DNA of 64,000 bases from Octopus bimaculoides (taxonomy: Eukaryota): assembly GCF_001194135.2 (NCBI RefSeq), contig NC_068995.1, forward strand, positions 3,349,213 to 3,413,212. Reading direction: 5' to 3'. Below are positions 25,163 to 39,430 of the stretch, piece after piece. Position 1 is the stretch's first letter; every line of letters starts with the position of its first letter. The notes below the pieces were generated by a model, which had not been told where the DNA came from, ran no database searches, and saw only the letters and a list, made by a program, of their open reading frames with translations. A program made the position numbers and the translations under genes.

Positions 25163-26667
25163 CAGCTTTTCTTGTAAATATAAAATATGGTACTATACCG
25201 AAAGGAATTACGTGATCCTTCAATTTAATGTTTGAGCAAGTATGTATGTGTGTGTATATAAATGAGTGTGCATGTATGTGTATATTCATATGCGCACACT
25301 GGGATTGTATGTATAAAACAGGTTTTTGTCAGCAGGCACATTTTTCAATGTAGTTACGTACGCACAACATTTTGAATTTAATTAATTTTTTTTTCTCACT
25401 GCAGTTTTTTCATCAGTAGATATTTACTGAAGGACATCACACCGTTATCACTACATGCAACCAGAGTTATTGTCGGTCAGTCTCCAGGACAAAGACAACC
25501 AATAGAGAAATATATGTAAAAAAGAAAACGAAACAAAAAAAAAACTGGAGAAAATTAAAAATAAAACATTAGGATTACTTATATATATATTTCTATATAT
25601 ATATGTATACACATATACACACACATATACACCCACCGTTTAACCTGTTAATGTAGTGTGAGATTGTCATTGTTAAAAACAGATGGAAAATTTCTTTTTA
25701 CAAAGTGAAGAATCATATATCATATTTGGTGGCATAAAAGATGCATGGGGGGTATTAGATGCACCCCAATTTCAGCAGAGCTCATTTTCCAAAATAATGA
25801 TAATGGAAAAAAAAAAAAAAAAGGAAAGCAAAGGTTTTTAGTATCATAAAGGATCTTGGGTGATTTTTTTTTCTTTTTTTCTTTTGAGACATTATTTTGA
25901 AAAATGTGCCGCCAAATATGGTAATTGCATAGTTAATAATAATAATTAACTATGAAGATGAAATTTGAGTCATTAATAGGTAATTATCTTTCACATTTTT
26001 AACATCTCTTTTACTACATATTTTGATTTTATTATTATTATTATTATCATTATTATTATACCAAAGAATGCTAAACTATGCAAAAGCTGCTACAATTTCA
26101 TGGTATTTCTGGGTTTTTTTTTTTTTTGCAATCCAAAAAAATTTCTCCAAACCAAATAACACTATTTTTAATCATTCAACTTGTAAATTTTTTTTCTCTT
26201 TCTCTCTCTCTAAAAGACAGAGAAAGACCATTATTTATATTATTTATTTATTTATTTCTAATTATTATTCCATAAAATTTCAAGTAAAGAGAGATACTTC
26301 TGTGATTCTATATTTGTTTTTTTTTCTTTCTTTTTCCCTTTTGTTTTTGTTTTACACAGATTTCATTTTGAAAGAAAACAATTTTATCTTCTAACATCTT
26401 TCTTTAATCATTCATTTAAACACACACACACATGTGTATATATATAATATGCATATATGTTCATCTATATATATATATTAATTTAATTGCTGGTAGGGGC
26501 AGCAGTATTTGGTATTGTAACTTTACTCTACCAAGTATATTATCAGATCATAAATTGTTACTATCATGCTGTGTTAGCAGTGCTATAATTTAAATTTAAG
26601 GTTGCCTTTATAGATTTCCTATAGGATTCAGAGCCAGCAGTGTAAATTAAGATGTTTAGAGCATGCA

Positions 26668-26716
<49 letters not shown>

Positions 26717-26744
26717 GTATGTGTGTATGTCTTCTTCATTTGTC

Positions 26745-27010
26745 TGTCGTAGGTCAACATTGGTTGTTCCTATCCTGTAATCCATTCTGGTAGGTTTGCA
26801 TGTGGGTTACAATGCCTGCTCTTGATCTGCAGCAGACAAAGCGACTTGAAGCAACGGAGAAGTGACGCATCTCATGCTCTTTGGTATATTCCCTGTTGTT
26901 TCTCCTCAATGGCTGGGATTATGAGCTTCAGCAATTGGTACCGTTCATCGCACCACAGGGCCTTCTCCTCCAACATGGCTGGGGAGATGTTGAATTTCTT
27001 TATATGTCTC
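26745..27010 (-). mobile_element. RTE/BovB-like LINE 3' end with degenerate C-terminal zinc finger
   Basis: HIKKFNISPAMLEEKALWCDERYQLL..AIEEKQQ.. then CRSRAGIVTHMQTY after a frameshift. Confidence 0.7.
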
Positions 27011-27755
27011 TAGCTATAATACGTATATATATATATATATATATAAATATATACATACATGGATAGAATCCTTGCCCCATCATCAACAAATGACCTTTAC
27101 TAATTTCCTTCATAAACCCTTTGTGTTTTTCTCATGGAATTTTCACGGCACTCTCCAAAGACTGGCTTTCTGTTACGTTTGTTTTGGTATTTTGGACAAG
27201 ATATCAACATCTGTTCAGTTGGATACAGACAGATTCACCACTCATGCCTGGCAATTTGGAATGTAATGGGAAGAATAAATACCATAAAGTATTTTGTCCA
27301 ATGTTTGAGAAATTATGTTGATTCAGAATTCTGGATTCGTACTTTATTTCATTTGCCCTGGAAAGATGAAAGGCCATGTTGACCTCGGCAGGATCAAGCC
27401 AGAAGAAATAATACAAGACATTTTGTCTGGCATTATAACAAGCCTGACATTTTGCTAGATGTATATACTTGTGTGTGTATATATATATATATATATATAC
27501 ATATACACACATACACATATGTACAGATGTATATACACATATATATTATCCCACCCATGCTAGCATGAAACATGGATGTTAAATGATGATAATGATGTTA
27601 TGTATATATATATATATATACATGTATATATATATATGTATATGTATGTATATGAGGGGGCAGCCATCATATGTATATATATATATATGTGTGTATATAT
27701 GTATATATACACACACACACAGACATGTACATATATAAGTATATATGAACCCAAA

Positions 27756-27808
<53 letters not shown>

Positions 27809-30800
27809 NNNNNNNNNNNNNNNNNNNNNNNNNNNNNNNNNNNNNNNNNNNNNNNNNNNNNNNNNNNNNNNNNNNNNNNNNNNNNNNNNNNNNNNNNNNN
27901 NNNNNNNNNNNNNNNNNNNNNNNNNNNNNNNNNNNNNNNNNNNNNNNNNNNNNNNNNNNNNNNNNNNNNNNNNNNNNNNNNNNNNNNNNNNNNNNNNNNN
28001 NNNNNNNNNNNNNNNNNNNNNNNNNNNNNNNNNNNNNNNNNNNNNNNNNNNNNNNNNNNNNNNNNNNNNNNNNNNNNNNNNNNNNNNNNNNNNNNNNNNN
28101 NNNNNNNNNNNNNNNNNNNNNNNNNNNNNNNNNNNNNNNNNNNNNNNNNNNNNNNNNNNNNNNNNNNNNNNNNNNNNNNNNNNNNNNNNNNNNNNNNNNN
28201 NNNNNNNNNNNNNNNNNNNNNNNNNNNNNNNNNNNNNNNNNNNNNNNNNNNNNNNNNNNNNNNNNNNNNNNNNNNNNNNNNNNNNNNNNNNNNNNNNNNN
28301 NNNNAAAAAGTCTTTAAACAAAATAAAAAATTAATAATAATAATAATGATAATAATACTAATATTAATAATAATCACTTTCATTAAAAAAAACAATATTT
28401 AAAATTTTTTGTATGTTATTTGAAAATATCACCTTGCTTAATTTATAAATTTTAAAACAAATTTTACAAGAAAAAAATGTTAAAAATTAAACATTTCCAA
28501 TATTTTCAGAAAAGAAGAAAAACATGCAAAAAAAAAAAAAATTAATTGAAAATAATAATAAAAAAAAGAATAAAAATGGTTGAAATTGGAATTTGAACTG
28601 AAGTGAAAATGGCTATCAGTTTGAACTTAGGTCCCCAATGACTGCCAGTTTCACTGGAGACATTTTCCTATTGTTTCTTTGATAACTGTGCTGCCTTTAA
28701 TCTCCTTCCAACCAAACTTTTTATGGGGGAGGGAATTACACAAAACTTACTATATATTGTAAAATAACCCTTTTTTTTTAATTATTATTATTATTTGTTA
28801 TTTTCATTTCAGACCTATTATTTATAAGAACCACTTATTTCTTGTCACTCAAAACAATTTTTCTATTCTTCAGTTTACTTTTAGAGCTAAATTAAATATT
28901 TAAAAACTATTTCAAACCCTTAACTCTTGTTATTTCTCACACACTCCGTACTTTAGAGAAATGCTATCTTTTAGATATTTTACACAGAAATTCTTGTATT
29001 TCATAATAAATATTAAAAAAAAACCCCAACTTTTATTCTTTTCTTCATGCATGAATGGCTATGATGTTTATGTAGATTAAAAAACAAAACAAAACAAAAC
29101 TGTAAGCCAGTATTGAAACTGCAACCAGCTGGCTTCCACTGTTAATTTATACACAATCTAAATCCCTATAATGATGGCTATAGTAACTGTAGGATTAATT
29201 AGTAAGTAACATAGATACACATCTTCAAACAGAAGAAAATTTCCTCTAAAAATACTCACATTTTCCCACATTTATGGATTTTTCAATGCAATTATTAATT
29301 ATTTAATCACCAATTAATTTTTTTTCTAGAATCCAACATTTTTTTTTAATCAAAAGAAAAAAATCACTTTTGACATCTTAAGATTTCTTAAACAAGCCAA
29401 AATATTGAAAGCACTTTTTAATGAAACACTTCACAATTTAATTAAAAAACAACAGAAAAACCAAAAAAATTGTCTAACCATAATTACTGAAATTGTTTTT
29501 TTTTTTTTGTTTTATAAATCATTATTCAATTTTTTTTAATAAATAACAAACTTGTTCCTAATTATAATTAGATGTGTTAGAATGTCCTAATTGATGTGAC
29601 ATATCTGGGCTAAAGATGTCGCTTACATTTAATTATATCAACTACTAGACAGAAAAATGCAGGGAAATCCTGTTGTGTTCAATGNNNNNNNNNNAAAACA
29701 AACAGGGTGGGTTTTTTTTTTTTTTTTACAAAAAATGTCTTATGTAACAGCAGTATGTGAAAAGAAAAAAAAAACATCTGCTGTACAAATAAAAATAATT
29801 CTTTTAACTTTTAAAACAGATTTAAAAAAAAAAAAAGAAAAAAAGAAAGCATTGATTTACAATGTTGGAGACATGTCAATGTTGTAGACAAATTCATGAT
29901 TGTGATGATTATGATGATGATGATGATGTGCGTTGGATTAACAACCTTCAGTGCCTGTAAGTACACAAGGGAGTGATCGACCCTTTATATTTTAAGAGCC
30001 TTTCTTTCCTGTTCACCTCACATTTTACTTAAAAATAATATTAAAAAAAAAATATACCAAAACAATAAACAAACAAACCCCTTTTCAATTGATATAGAAC
30101 GGAGTCAGTTTTTTTTTTTGATTTGTAAAAGTGATGTTAGCATTTTTTTTTTCCCATTTTTTTCTAAACTTAAGATTTATAATTTATACTTAAAAAAAAC
30201 AAAAAAAACATCTGAAAATATTTCTCCAGCTTGTAAAACATAATGACAACAGTTGTATTAATGTTATTATGTTATTGTTTTTTCCTCTCATTNNNNNNNN
30301 NNNNNNNNNNNNNNNNNNNNNNNNNNNNNNNNNNNNNNNNNNNNNNNNNNNNNCATGTATATGAAGTTTTTCATTCTTTTGAAACCTTGTACCTGGTTGC
30401 AGCTTGTGAATTGTACAATTAATTAATTAAAAAAAAATATACTGATAATAGTAAATCGAAAATAGGCTACACCTTGCCAGCCCCTCTGAATACTAGCAGA
30501 ACATGTCAACCAGCCTTCTTGAGTTCTTAACCACCCCCCCCTTTTTTTTTTTTACGAGATGTCTTGAAATACATGGCCCTTTTGTTTCAAGTAATTGTGA
30601 AAATGATGAAGAATTTAGTAAAATAGCCTTGTCGTTATTAAGTTGGTGTTTGGAACATAAATGAACTTGGAAATTTTGATGAAAGGTTTAAATTTAGATC
30701 ACTTTAACCCTTTTGTTACCATACTTCTGTTGGAAAACACTGCCTTTGTTTGAATTAATTTTGAAAATGATGAAGAATTTAGTGAAAAGAACCCTGTCAT

Positions 30801-31193
30801 TATTAAGTTGGTGTTTGGAACATGAATGAACTTGAAAAATTTAATGGATGGTTTTAATTTAGATCACTTTTTAAGCAAAGTTTCTATCTTTATCATAGAA
30901 CCAGTGGGGAGGGAGGGGGTCTTGGGTTAAGACTGAAATCTGTTAATATTTTAAGTGTTTAATTAAGTTTGTGAAATGTGTTTTTTTTTTTTTAATTAGC
31001 CAAAGGCAATATGTGACAGTCGATGCCTAAATCTGTCAGACACGTCCTGTGTTTGTTGATAATCCTAAATCCCATTTTCTAAACATCAAAACACTAAAAC
31101 CATGAAACACTAATCGAAAAATATTCATTTTTTTTTTTTTTTCTTCCTTTTGATGTTCTTGAAAAATCTTCGTTAAAATGAGAGACAGCAACA

Positions 31194-31235
<42 letters not shown>

Positions 31236-32300
31236 TCCAGTGATCAATTATTTAAACAACCAGTATCACTGATCTAAGATCATTAAGTGCCACGAGATCA
31301 GTTACCATTTTCTCGATCATACTCATAATTTGCCCCAAACAACAAAAGTACAGATTTCATATTCTCCAAACTCTACCAAAATTACATTTACTTCAATTAA
31401 TCCAATTATATCATATTAATTAATTATCAAATTATCTCATATTAATTAATGTACACAGCAGGCATGGTTCTGTGGTGAAGTTCACTTTTGCAACCATGGT
31501 TTCAGGTTCAGGTCCTACTGTGTGGCACCCTGGGTAAAGGTCTATTACCATAGATTTCAGGTCAGCCAAAGCCTTGTGAACAAAAAATTTGGTAGACAAT
31601 GGAAACTGTGTGGAAGCTTGTTAAAGGATCTGTCTTTGTCTGAGAGTGGCAGACTTAATCTCTTGTCTGGTTTAATGCTACCGTTTGACCCTTCAGTGCC
31701 CTTAGCAGAACCTACTCCCTTACAAGCATACAGGCCAGGTTAAGAGGTATGGCCTGGGGATCACTCGGTCCCTTCTTCCCCATGGTTTTGGAAACCCTGA
31801 AAAACGGTTATGAGGTGGAGGAGGGTGGAGTCTACCTTTCCACCTCTGGCGGAAGAATTCACCTGAGAGACCTTTACAGAAGCTGGAAGCAATGTCACAC
31901 CGTAGGGTTGATGTTGCTAAATTCTAGGCATTCATCTTCGTCCCTTTTAGCTGAAATAATTAATTTGTAAGCCCGATTCTGTTGCTCTTGCCCCTCTCTC
32001 TCTCTCTCTCTTTCTCAGACCTTTTCCATGTTACCATTCTACAAATGCCTTCACTATTTAATCAGGTTGTCATCAAAACTACTACTACTACTACTACTAC
32101 TACTATGATATTGGCAGTTTTTATCCTTTTTTTTTTTTACATGTTTAACAAATAGCAACTACAAAAATAGTTGTCGGACATCTTTTGAAAACGAAAAAAA
32201 AAAAATATTTCATTAGTCTGGTTGTCCATTGTTCAGCTGCACCAATTTGCTGCAGAAGAATATTTTGTAGTAAGCGTCCTGACAGTTAAACCAAAATCAC

Positions 32301-32332
<32 letters not shown>

Positions 32333-32864
32333 AAGAACACATCACCACTTTGAAACGCTGGGCTTTACATCGCAAAAACAACAACAACAAACCCCACCCC
32401 CAACTCCCAGTGTTTTGTTTCTGAACCCACCCCACCCCCACGACCACACTCACACATTCACCTACCCAGCCACAGTAACTAGTTATTACTGGTTCCAATA
32501 CTATTACTGATCTCTTTGGTTTGTCTGTTCTATCTAATTCTAAAGTGCATCAGGAAAACAAAACAAAAAAAAACAAGAAAAGAAAAAAAAAACCAAGTTA
32601 AAGAAACAATAAAGTCAAAAAAATGTTTGTGATTGTTGTTGTTGTTGTTGTTGTTGTTAGAGCTGATTGCACTTTGTTAATTGCATCTTTGTTGTTAATG
32701 TCCAAATCGCCTCGTTAGCAAAGTGTAATTGTCTCTCAGTTACCTGTCGGATCATCTGGCCACTTTTTCCATTGCAATTACCTGACTGCCATCCACATTG
32801 AGACACAAGGTCCCCAATACACGGCCCCTTCTGGCCTTTGAAGTCAGCTGATGGTTCATCATCA

Positions 32865-33272
32865 TCATCATCATTTAACATCTGTTTTCCATGCTGGCAA
32901 GGCTCCAGTCGTCTGCCTTGGCATAGTTTCTACGGCTGGATGCTCTTCCTGCTGCCAACCACTTTACAAGGTGTACTGGGTGCTTTTTATGACTGCCAAC
33001 ACCAATGCTTTTTACATAGCACCTGCATGGAAGTTCCACCATTTTAATGTCCACAACCCGATGCCACTGCCGCCTGACTGGCACCCATCCTGGTGGCATG
33101 TAAAAAGCACCCACTACACTTTTGGAGTGGTTGGCATTAGGAAGGGCATCCAGCTTTAGAAACTTTGCCAGATCAGATTGGAGCCTGGTGCAGCCTTCTG
33201 GCTTGCCAGTCCTCAGTCAAACCATCCAACCCATGCTAGCATGGGAAGCGGACCTTAAACGATGATGATGAT
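32865..33272. mobile_element. Inverted pair of family-C elements
   Basis: Plus copy at 32865-33010 and minus copy at 33082-33272 share the ctggatgc..cttcct..gccaaccac..gggtgcttttt core. Confidence 0.8.
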
Positions 33273-33641
33273 GAACCCCACTTCTGGCAACATATGTTGT
33301 TTGCTCCTGGCACAAAGGAACAGCTGGGTGGGTGACTGAAACCCCTCCTTCTTGGGATATTCAGTCACAACAAAAATTCTATACCCCAAAGCCCCTGTAG
33401 TTACACTGAAGCTGTTGGAGTGAAACAAAAAAACTAACCTTGCAATGCTAGGAGAAACCAGCCCAGTCCCAAAAACTAAGCAATGTTAACCAATAACACA
33501 ACTGTAAGATCATTACCTGAACTGGACAATTTGTCTCCATGCAACCCCGAATGTATCCCATCACCCAAACTGCAGCTGACAAGTTCAAATTACAACCCTG
33601 AAGCTATTTCACCAAAATAAAAGGTCCTCCTTCTGTAACAT

Positions 33642-33772
33642 TCATTCCTTTGCAATACATTTTATGTCATTCAAGTAGATTCCTTCAGTTGGTTCCACAG
33701 AATAACTCAGGAAAATATTCTCTTCCATTGTCTCCACCGCCATTTCTGTGATTCTCCTTTTGTCTCCTTTCA
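33642..33772 (-). CDS. SWSAP1: Probable terminal exon of the SWSAP1-like gene: (V)KGDKRRITEMAVETMEENIFLSYSVEPTEGIYLNDIKCIAKE*
   Basis: Strong ttttatgtttcAG acceptor, phase-1 start, 42 codons then TGA, protein-like composition. Assignment to SWSAP1 is by position and loose resemblance; it needs an unplaced phase 2 to 1 exon. Confidence 0.55.
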
Positions 33773-34333
33773 CTGAAACATAAAACAAGGAACTAAACAT
33801 CTTCACATTGGTACCATCATGTGGAATTAGCAGAAGAGGAAACTCAGCTTAAATTAATTAGAACAGTCACAAATTAATTGGAATGTTAAAAAATTGAAAA
33901 TAAAAAATTAAATTCTGTCTCAAACCTACAGAATCATTAAATTAGGGTTTGTTCTGGTTATTGTCACATGAGAAACATAAAATTTTCTCAATAACATTAA
34001 GAGTAAAAGATGTTTTATATGACACATTCTATCAGTGTCCCAAGTTTGAAAATGTTTCGTTAAGAAAACAAGTGGCGCCTGCCAAATCAGAAAGACCCAA
34101 TTTTTCCTTCATATCCAGGTTTTCACCATAGCTTCATTTACTGGTCTTTTCTTATAAACACTGAACATGACATTGAATTCAGAATTTGAATTGTGTAAAT
34201 AGACATTGGCACATCATTCTTGCCGGTCGGGATACATGTTAAGCCACAAGGTATGTTTTTTGTGTTAATTTCTATGTACAGGAAGGTTCTCCTGAAGAGA
34301 AGAATGGATCCACTTTTGGTTCCTAACTTCGAA

Positions 34334-35119
34334 NNNNNNNNNNNNNNNNNNNNNNNNNNNNNNNNNNNNNNNNNNNNNNNNNNNNNNNNNNNNNNNNNNN
34401 NNNNNNNNNNNNNNNNNNNNNNNNNNNNNNNNNNNNNNNNNNNNNNNNNNNNNNNNNNNNNNNNNNNNNNNNNNNNNNNNNNNNNNNNNNNNNNNNNNNN
34501 NNNNNNNNNNNNNNNNNNNNNNNNNNNNNNNNNNNNNNNNNNNNNNNNNNNNNNNNNNNNNNNNNNNNNNNNNNNNNNNNNNNNNNNNNNNNNNNNNNNN
34601 NNNNNNNNNNNNNNNNNNNNNNNNNNNNNNNNNNNNNNNNNNNNNNNNNNNNNNNNNNNNNNNNNNNNNNNNNNNNNNNNNNNNNNNNNNNNNNNNNNNN
34701 NNNNNNNNNNNNNNNNNNNNNNNNNNNNNNNNNNNNNNNNNNNNNNNNNNNNNNNNNNNNNNNNNNNNNNNNNNNNNNNNNNNNNNNNNNNNNNNNNNNN
34801 NNNNNNNNNNNNNNNNNNNNNNNNNNNNNNNNNNNNNNNNNNNNNNNNNNNNNNNNNNNNNNNNNNNNNNNNNNNNNNNNNNNNNNNNNNNNNNNNNNNN
34901 NNNNNNNNNNNNNNNNNNNNNNNNNNNNNNNNNNNNNNNNNNNNNNNNNNNNNNNNNNNNNNNNNNNNNNNNNNNNNNNNNNNNNNNNNNNNNNNNNNNN
35001 NNNNNNNNNNNNNNNNNNNNNNNNNNNNNNNNNNNNNNNNNNNNNNNNNNNNNNNNNNNNNNNNNNNNNNNNNNNNNNNNNNNNNNNNNNNNNNNNNNNN
35101 NNNNNNNNNNNNNNNNNNN

Positions 35120-35120
<1 letters not shown>
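34334..35120. other. Assembly gap (others at 27809-28305, 35778-36177, 42240-42413, 42886-43113, 48522-49492, 59143-59424, about 63406-63804, plus small ones)
   Basis: Runs of N, often flanked by (TA)n or other simple repeats. Confidence 0.99.
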
Positions 35121-35163
<43 letters not shown>

Positions 35164-38100
35164 CACACACACACATATACTTATGCATGTATCTATCTAT
35201 CTACATGTATATATATACACACACACACATTACATATATTATCTATATATAGAAGTAAAAATTTAGAGCTGCTGACTTCAGTTGATACTGTGTTAAGAAC
35301 ATAAGACAGAGAGAGAGGAGAGAAAGAAGAGAGACATAAAATGAGAAGGGAGGAGAGAGAGAGAGAGGGGGGGCAGTGAAATAGATAGAGTAAGACTTTT
35401 AGACTTTCCCAGTTGATTGGTCTCATGATGTGGTGGTCCCCTGAGATGCTTTCTGACTTCACATATTTCCCAACTTGTCATCTCTCAGCACCAGCTCCAC
35501 CTTCTACATTTACTTTAGACATCTGACAACTCTTCTCTAAAGTGGCATCCCCTTTACCAAACTTGGACTCTCCTTAGAACTTCCATGCACTTTCATTTGG
35601 AATAATCCTGCAAATTCTTGTTTTCTCTTTCTTCTACTGCATGTCTATACAGATCTGATACAAATCTGCGCAGATTTCGGCAGGTTTATTATTTACCAAC
35701 TTTGTGCTGATTCAGGCAGAAAAATCAGGTTAATTTATGCCAGGACGAGTCCATTGTCGAGGAGAGGAGGGGAAACTNNNNNNNNNNNNNNNNNNNNNNN
35801 NNNNNNNNNNNNNNNNNNNNNNNNNNNNNNNNNNNNNNNNNNNNNNNNNNNNNNNNNNNNNNNNNNNNNNNNNNNNNNNNNNNNNNNNNNNNNNNNNNNN
35901 NNNNNNNNNNNNNNNNNNNNNNNNNNNNNNNNNNNNNNNNNNNNNNNNNNNNNNNNNNNNNNNNNNNNNNNNNNNNNNNNNNNNNNNNNNNNNNNNNNNN
36001 NNNNNNNNNNNNNNNNNNNNNNNNNNNNNNNNNNNNNNNNNNNNNNNNNNNNNNNNNNNNNNNNNNNNNNNNNNNNNNNNNNNNNNNNNNNNNNNNNNNN
36101 NNNNNNNNNNNNNNNNNNNNNNNNNNNNNNNNNNNNNNNNNNNNNNNNNNNNNNNNNNNNNNNNNNNNNNNNNNNNNGTGCTACATAATTAACCCAGATT
36201 AACGACACACCCATCTTTGATAACGAGCCAGATATAAATGATGACTGTTCCATTCTCTGCAAAGGAATGGCCTGTTTGGAAATTTCAAAACTTTTAGCAA
36301 TAATTCTTGGCAAATGACAAATAAAATTAAGCAAGCAAAAAAAAACCCCCCAAAACAATAAAAAAATTGTAAATTAAATCAATAAAATTTTCATTTAGTT
36401 TCGTTATTTTCCTTGCTAATCTCCTGTCACCAAGGTTATGAGAGATTAACCCTCCAAATGGCGCCATAAAACTGGTATAATGGAGCAGCGAGATAATAAA
36501 GAGGCTTTTATGTGGTGGACTGACTTGCTAGAAATAGTAGCTGAATTTCTTTCAAATCACTTCCTGCTGTCTTTAATGAGGAAAAAACACATTAGAGAAT
36601 TTATTTTTGGTGCGCTCATTGTATTTACTGCTCCAGCATGGCTGTCACTTACAGAGCTTACCTTCTCTGTTAGCTTACCTGTGATTCCACTACATCTCTT
36701 GAGTGTCCACAGCTTGTACTGGACATAGATATTTTTTAATGGTTCGGTCAGGGGCTTAACAGTCTGAACTCGAGGGGGGGGGGGTCCTTCAAAAGCCATC
36801 AAAGACCAGAAGGAAAGAAAGATTTAGATTTGAAGGTTTAAAGACGGGAAAACTTTCCTGACCTTTTGATGAAATAATCTGGAAATTCAATTTCTGGAAT
36901 ACAGGAAGGAGAAATTTGGAGTCTTTGCATGAAATTATCAGTTGTGACTGAGTTTCGTCAAATGTCTTGGAGGAACTGGAAAATCAGAAACATTTGACTG
37001 AGATTAATTCAAGACTGAAATATGCAGAGAATCATCAATGATGTAGAAAGGGTTTTACAAGAGAGAAGATGTCATTTAACATAGAAAGAAATTGGAATTG
37101 ATATACTGAGATGAGGTGGGGTGGGGGCATATAAGTTTATTCATGTTTTTTTCTACCTGGCACTCTGTTGTCATATGCTTAAAAAAAGGCAAAATTTATT
37201 CAAATTTCAAATGAAGATGTCGAGGAAGAATAGAATTACAAAAACAAAAACAAAAACACTATGATGAAAGATATTCTCCCATGCTGGTGCCATGTAAAAA
37301 GCATAGGTGTTGGTGTGATGCAAAAAGCACCCATTCCATTCTGTAATGTGGTAGGTGTTAAGAAGCATGTGTATATGTATGTTTGTCTTGACATCGTGTG
37401 ATGGTTGCAAACGAACATCACCGTCATACAAGTGGTGTCGTTTCTTTCCCCATCTTCCCCGAAAACACGTTTAGCCATGGAAAAAATTTATTACCTTGCT
37501 TGGATACAGGTAAAGGTCAGTGGCAGAAGGGCAATTTGGACAACTGGAAGGTAGATGTTACTCTTTCTCGAAATTTAGATCAGTTCACTCAAACAACAGA
37601 CAAAAACCGATAAAAAAAACTATAAAGGGAGGCTACTCTTGACTCTAAGAGTTACGTACCTTAGTACTTAAAAAATCGTTTACTTATTTGAGAACAGGGA
37701 ATCTAAGACAAAGTTCCTTCGAGCAATAGAAATCATAATTTCAGAGAGTTTTGACTGCTATTTCTAGCCGTTCGAGTGACCATGCAAAGGTTCCTTTCAT
37801 AACACATAATCCTTTTAATTGACAATGATAATGAAGCATTTGAACTCTGAACGTAGAGAACCAGAATATATAAAAGATAGGCATTTTGTCCAACGCTTTA
37901 ACCAATGACTCTGCCAGCTCACTGCCTGAGGACAACACAACCTGATAGACAAAAGGGTTTGGCAAAAGAAAAAGAAAAAAAAAAAAAAAAAAAAAGGNNN
38001 NNNNNNNAAAAGGGCCGTGTAAACATTTCAGAACGAAGATAATAATATAACAAGTAAAAACACCCAATAGGGGGAGGCGCTTTGAAGGTTACTCGTGGAA

Positions 38101-38185
38101 AAAAAAAAAACCATAAAAGCCACGGGTGCCTGGTCAACTGGGTGAGAACCGTTTCTCCTTAATAATAATACTGATAATAATGATG

Positions 38186-38224
<39 letters not shown>

Positions 38225-38754
38225 TTTTGTATTGTTAGCCAAAACAAAAATCAATTCTTGTAAAGCAGTGGCCTTAATAAAACTGACACGTTTCATAGGG
38301 AGAATTTCTCAGTTGAATTATAATCCACATTACCTAGGGATGCCATTCTAACGAATCACAACAGTTAAACTAGTGTTAACACTCAATAAGCACAAGAAAA
38401 GTTTATGCTTCACTGAAGAGGTATAACAAGATTGGAACAAGTCCATATTTACTTCGGTGATTACCAAAGACCAGATACATTTAATATTGACCCTTGAGTT
38501 AATTGGTTTTCAATCCTGTAATTTGCATATTAATTAAAATTTTGTCACAGAGTTGTCTCCCCTATGCCTTTGTGCGATTTAATTAACATTCATCACTAAA
38601 TTTTAATTTCTGTCTCTTCCACATTAAAAACCTCATTATAATTAATTGACAAATATATTTTTTTCTTATTAGATTAAACGTGTTAATACTCATTAAGATA
38701 ATATTTTAATTATAAAAGGATCGAATTAGAAAAAAAAAAGAAAAAACTATATAA

Positions 38755-39430
38755 GCATGGCTGTGTGGTTAAGAAATTTGCTTCTCAACCACATGGTTCC
38801 AGGTTCAATCCCACTGCATAGTACTTTGGGCAAGTGTCTTCTATTATAACCCCAGGCTGTCCAAAGCCTTGTCAGTGGATTTGGTAGATGGAAACTGGGT
38901 GGAAGCCTGTCAAATCTTTTATCTTATCCTTTTTATTTGTTTCAGTCCATTGGACTGTGGCCATGCTGGAGCACTGCTTTGAAGTGTTTAGTCAAGAAGA
39001 ATGACTTAAGTACTCATCTTTTAGAACCTGATACTTATTCCATCAGTCATATTTTGCCAAACTGCTAAGTTATGGGGGACATAAACAAACCAACACTGGT
39101 TGAACACATTAATATATATACACAAGCACACACACATAATGGGCTTCTTTCAGTTTCCATCTACCAAATCCACTCACAAGGATTTGGTTGGCCCGAGGCT
39201 ATGTTAGAAGACACTTTCCCAAGGTGCCATGCAGTGGGACTGAACCTGGAACCATGTGGTTGGGAAGCAAGCTTCTTACCAAACAGCCACACCTGAGGGC
39301 TTCTTTCAGTTTCCATCTACGGAATCCATTCACAAGGTTTTGGTCAGCCTGAAGCCAGAGTAGAAGACACTTGCCCACAATGCCACGCAGTGAGACTGAA
39401 CCATGTGGTATACCCAGAACCATAACTCAG
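38755..39430. mobile_element. Cluster of family-B SINEs in opposite orientations
   Basis: Plus head at 38755-38910; minus copies at 38930-39295 and 39297-39430. Confidence 0.8.

Noticed and set aside
27560-28402. Long ORFs of 190-430 aa in the track spanning N runs (also 34138-35266, 35735-36358, 42663-43685, 48242-49583, 59119-59937, 63359-63832)
   Set aside because: Open only because N and (TA)n/(CA)n contain no stops in those frames.
33420-33600. Donor-like sites and hydrophobic open frames on minus
   Set aside because: They lie just past the predicted stop in UTR-like sequence, and no consistent exon chain forms.
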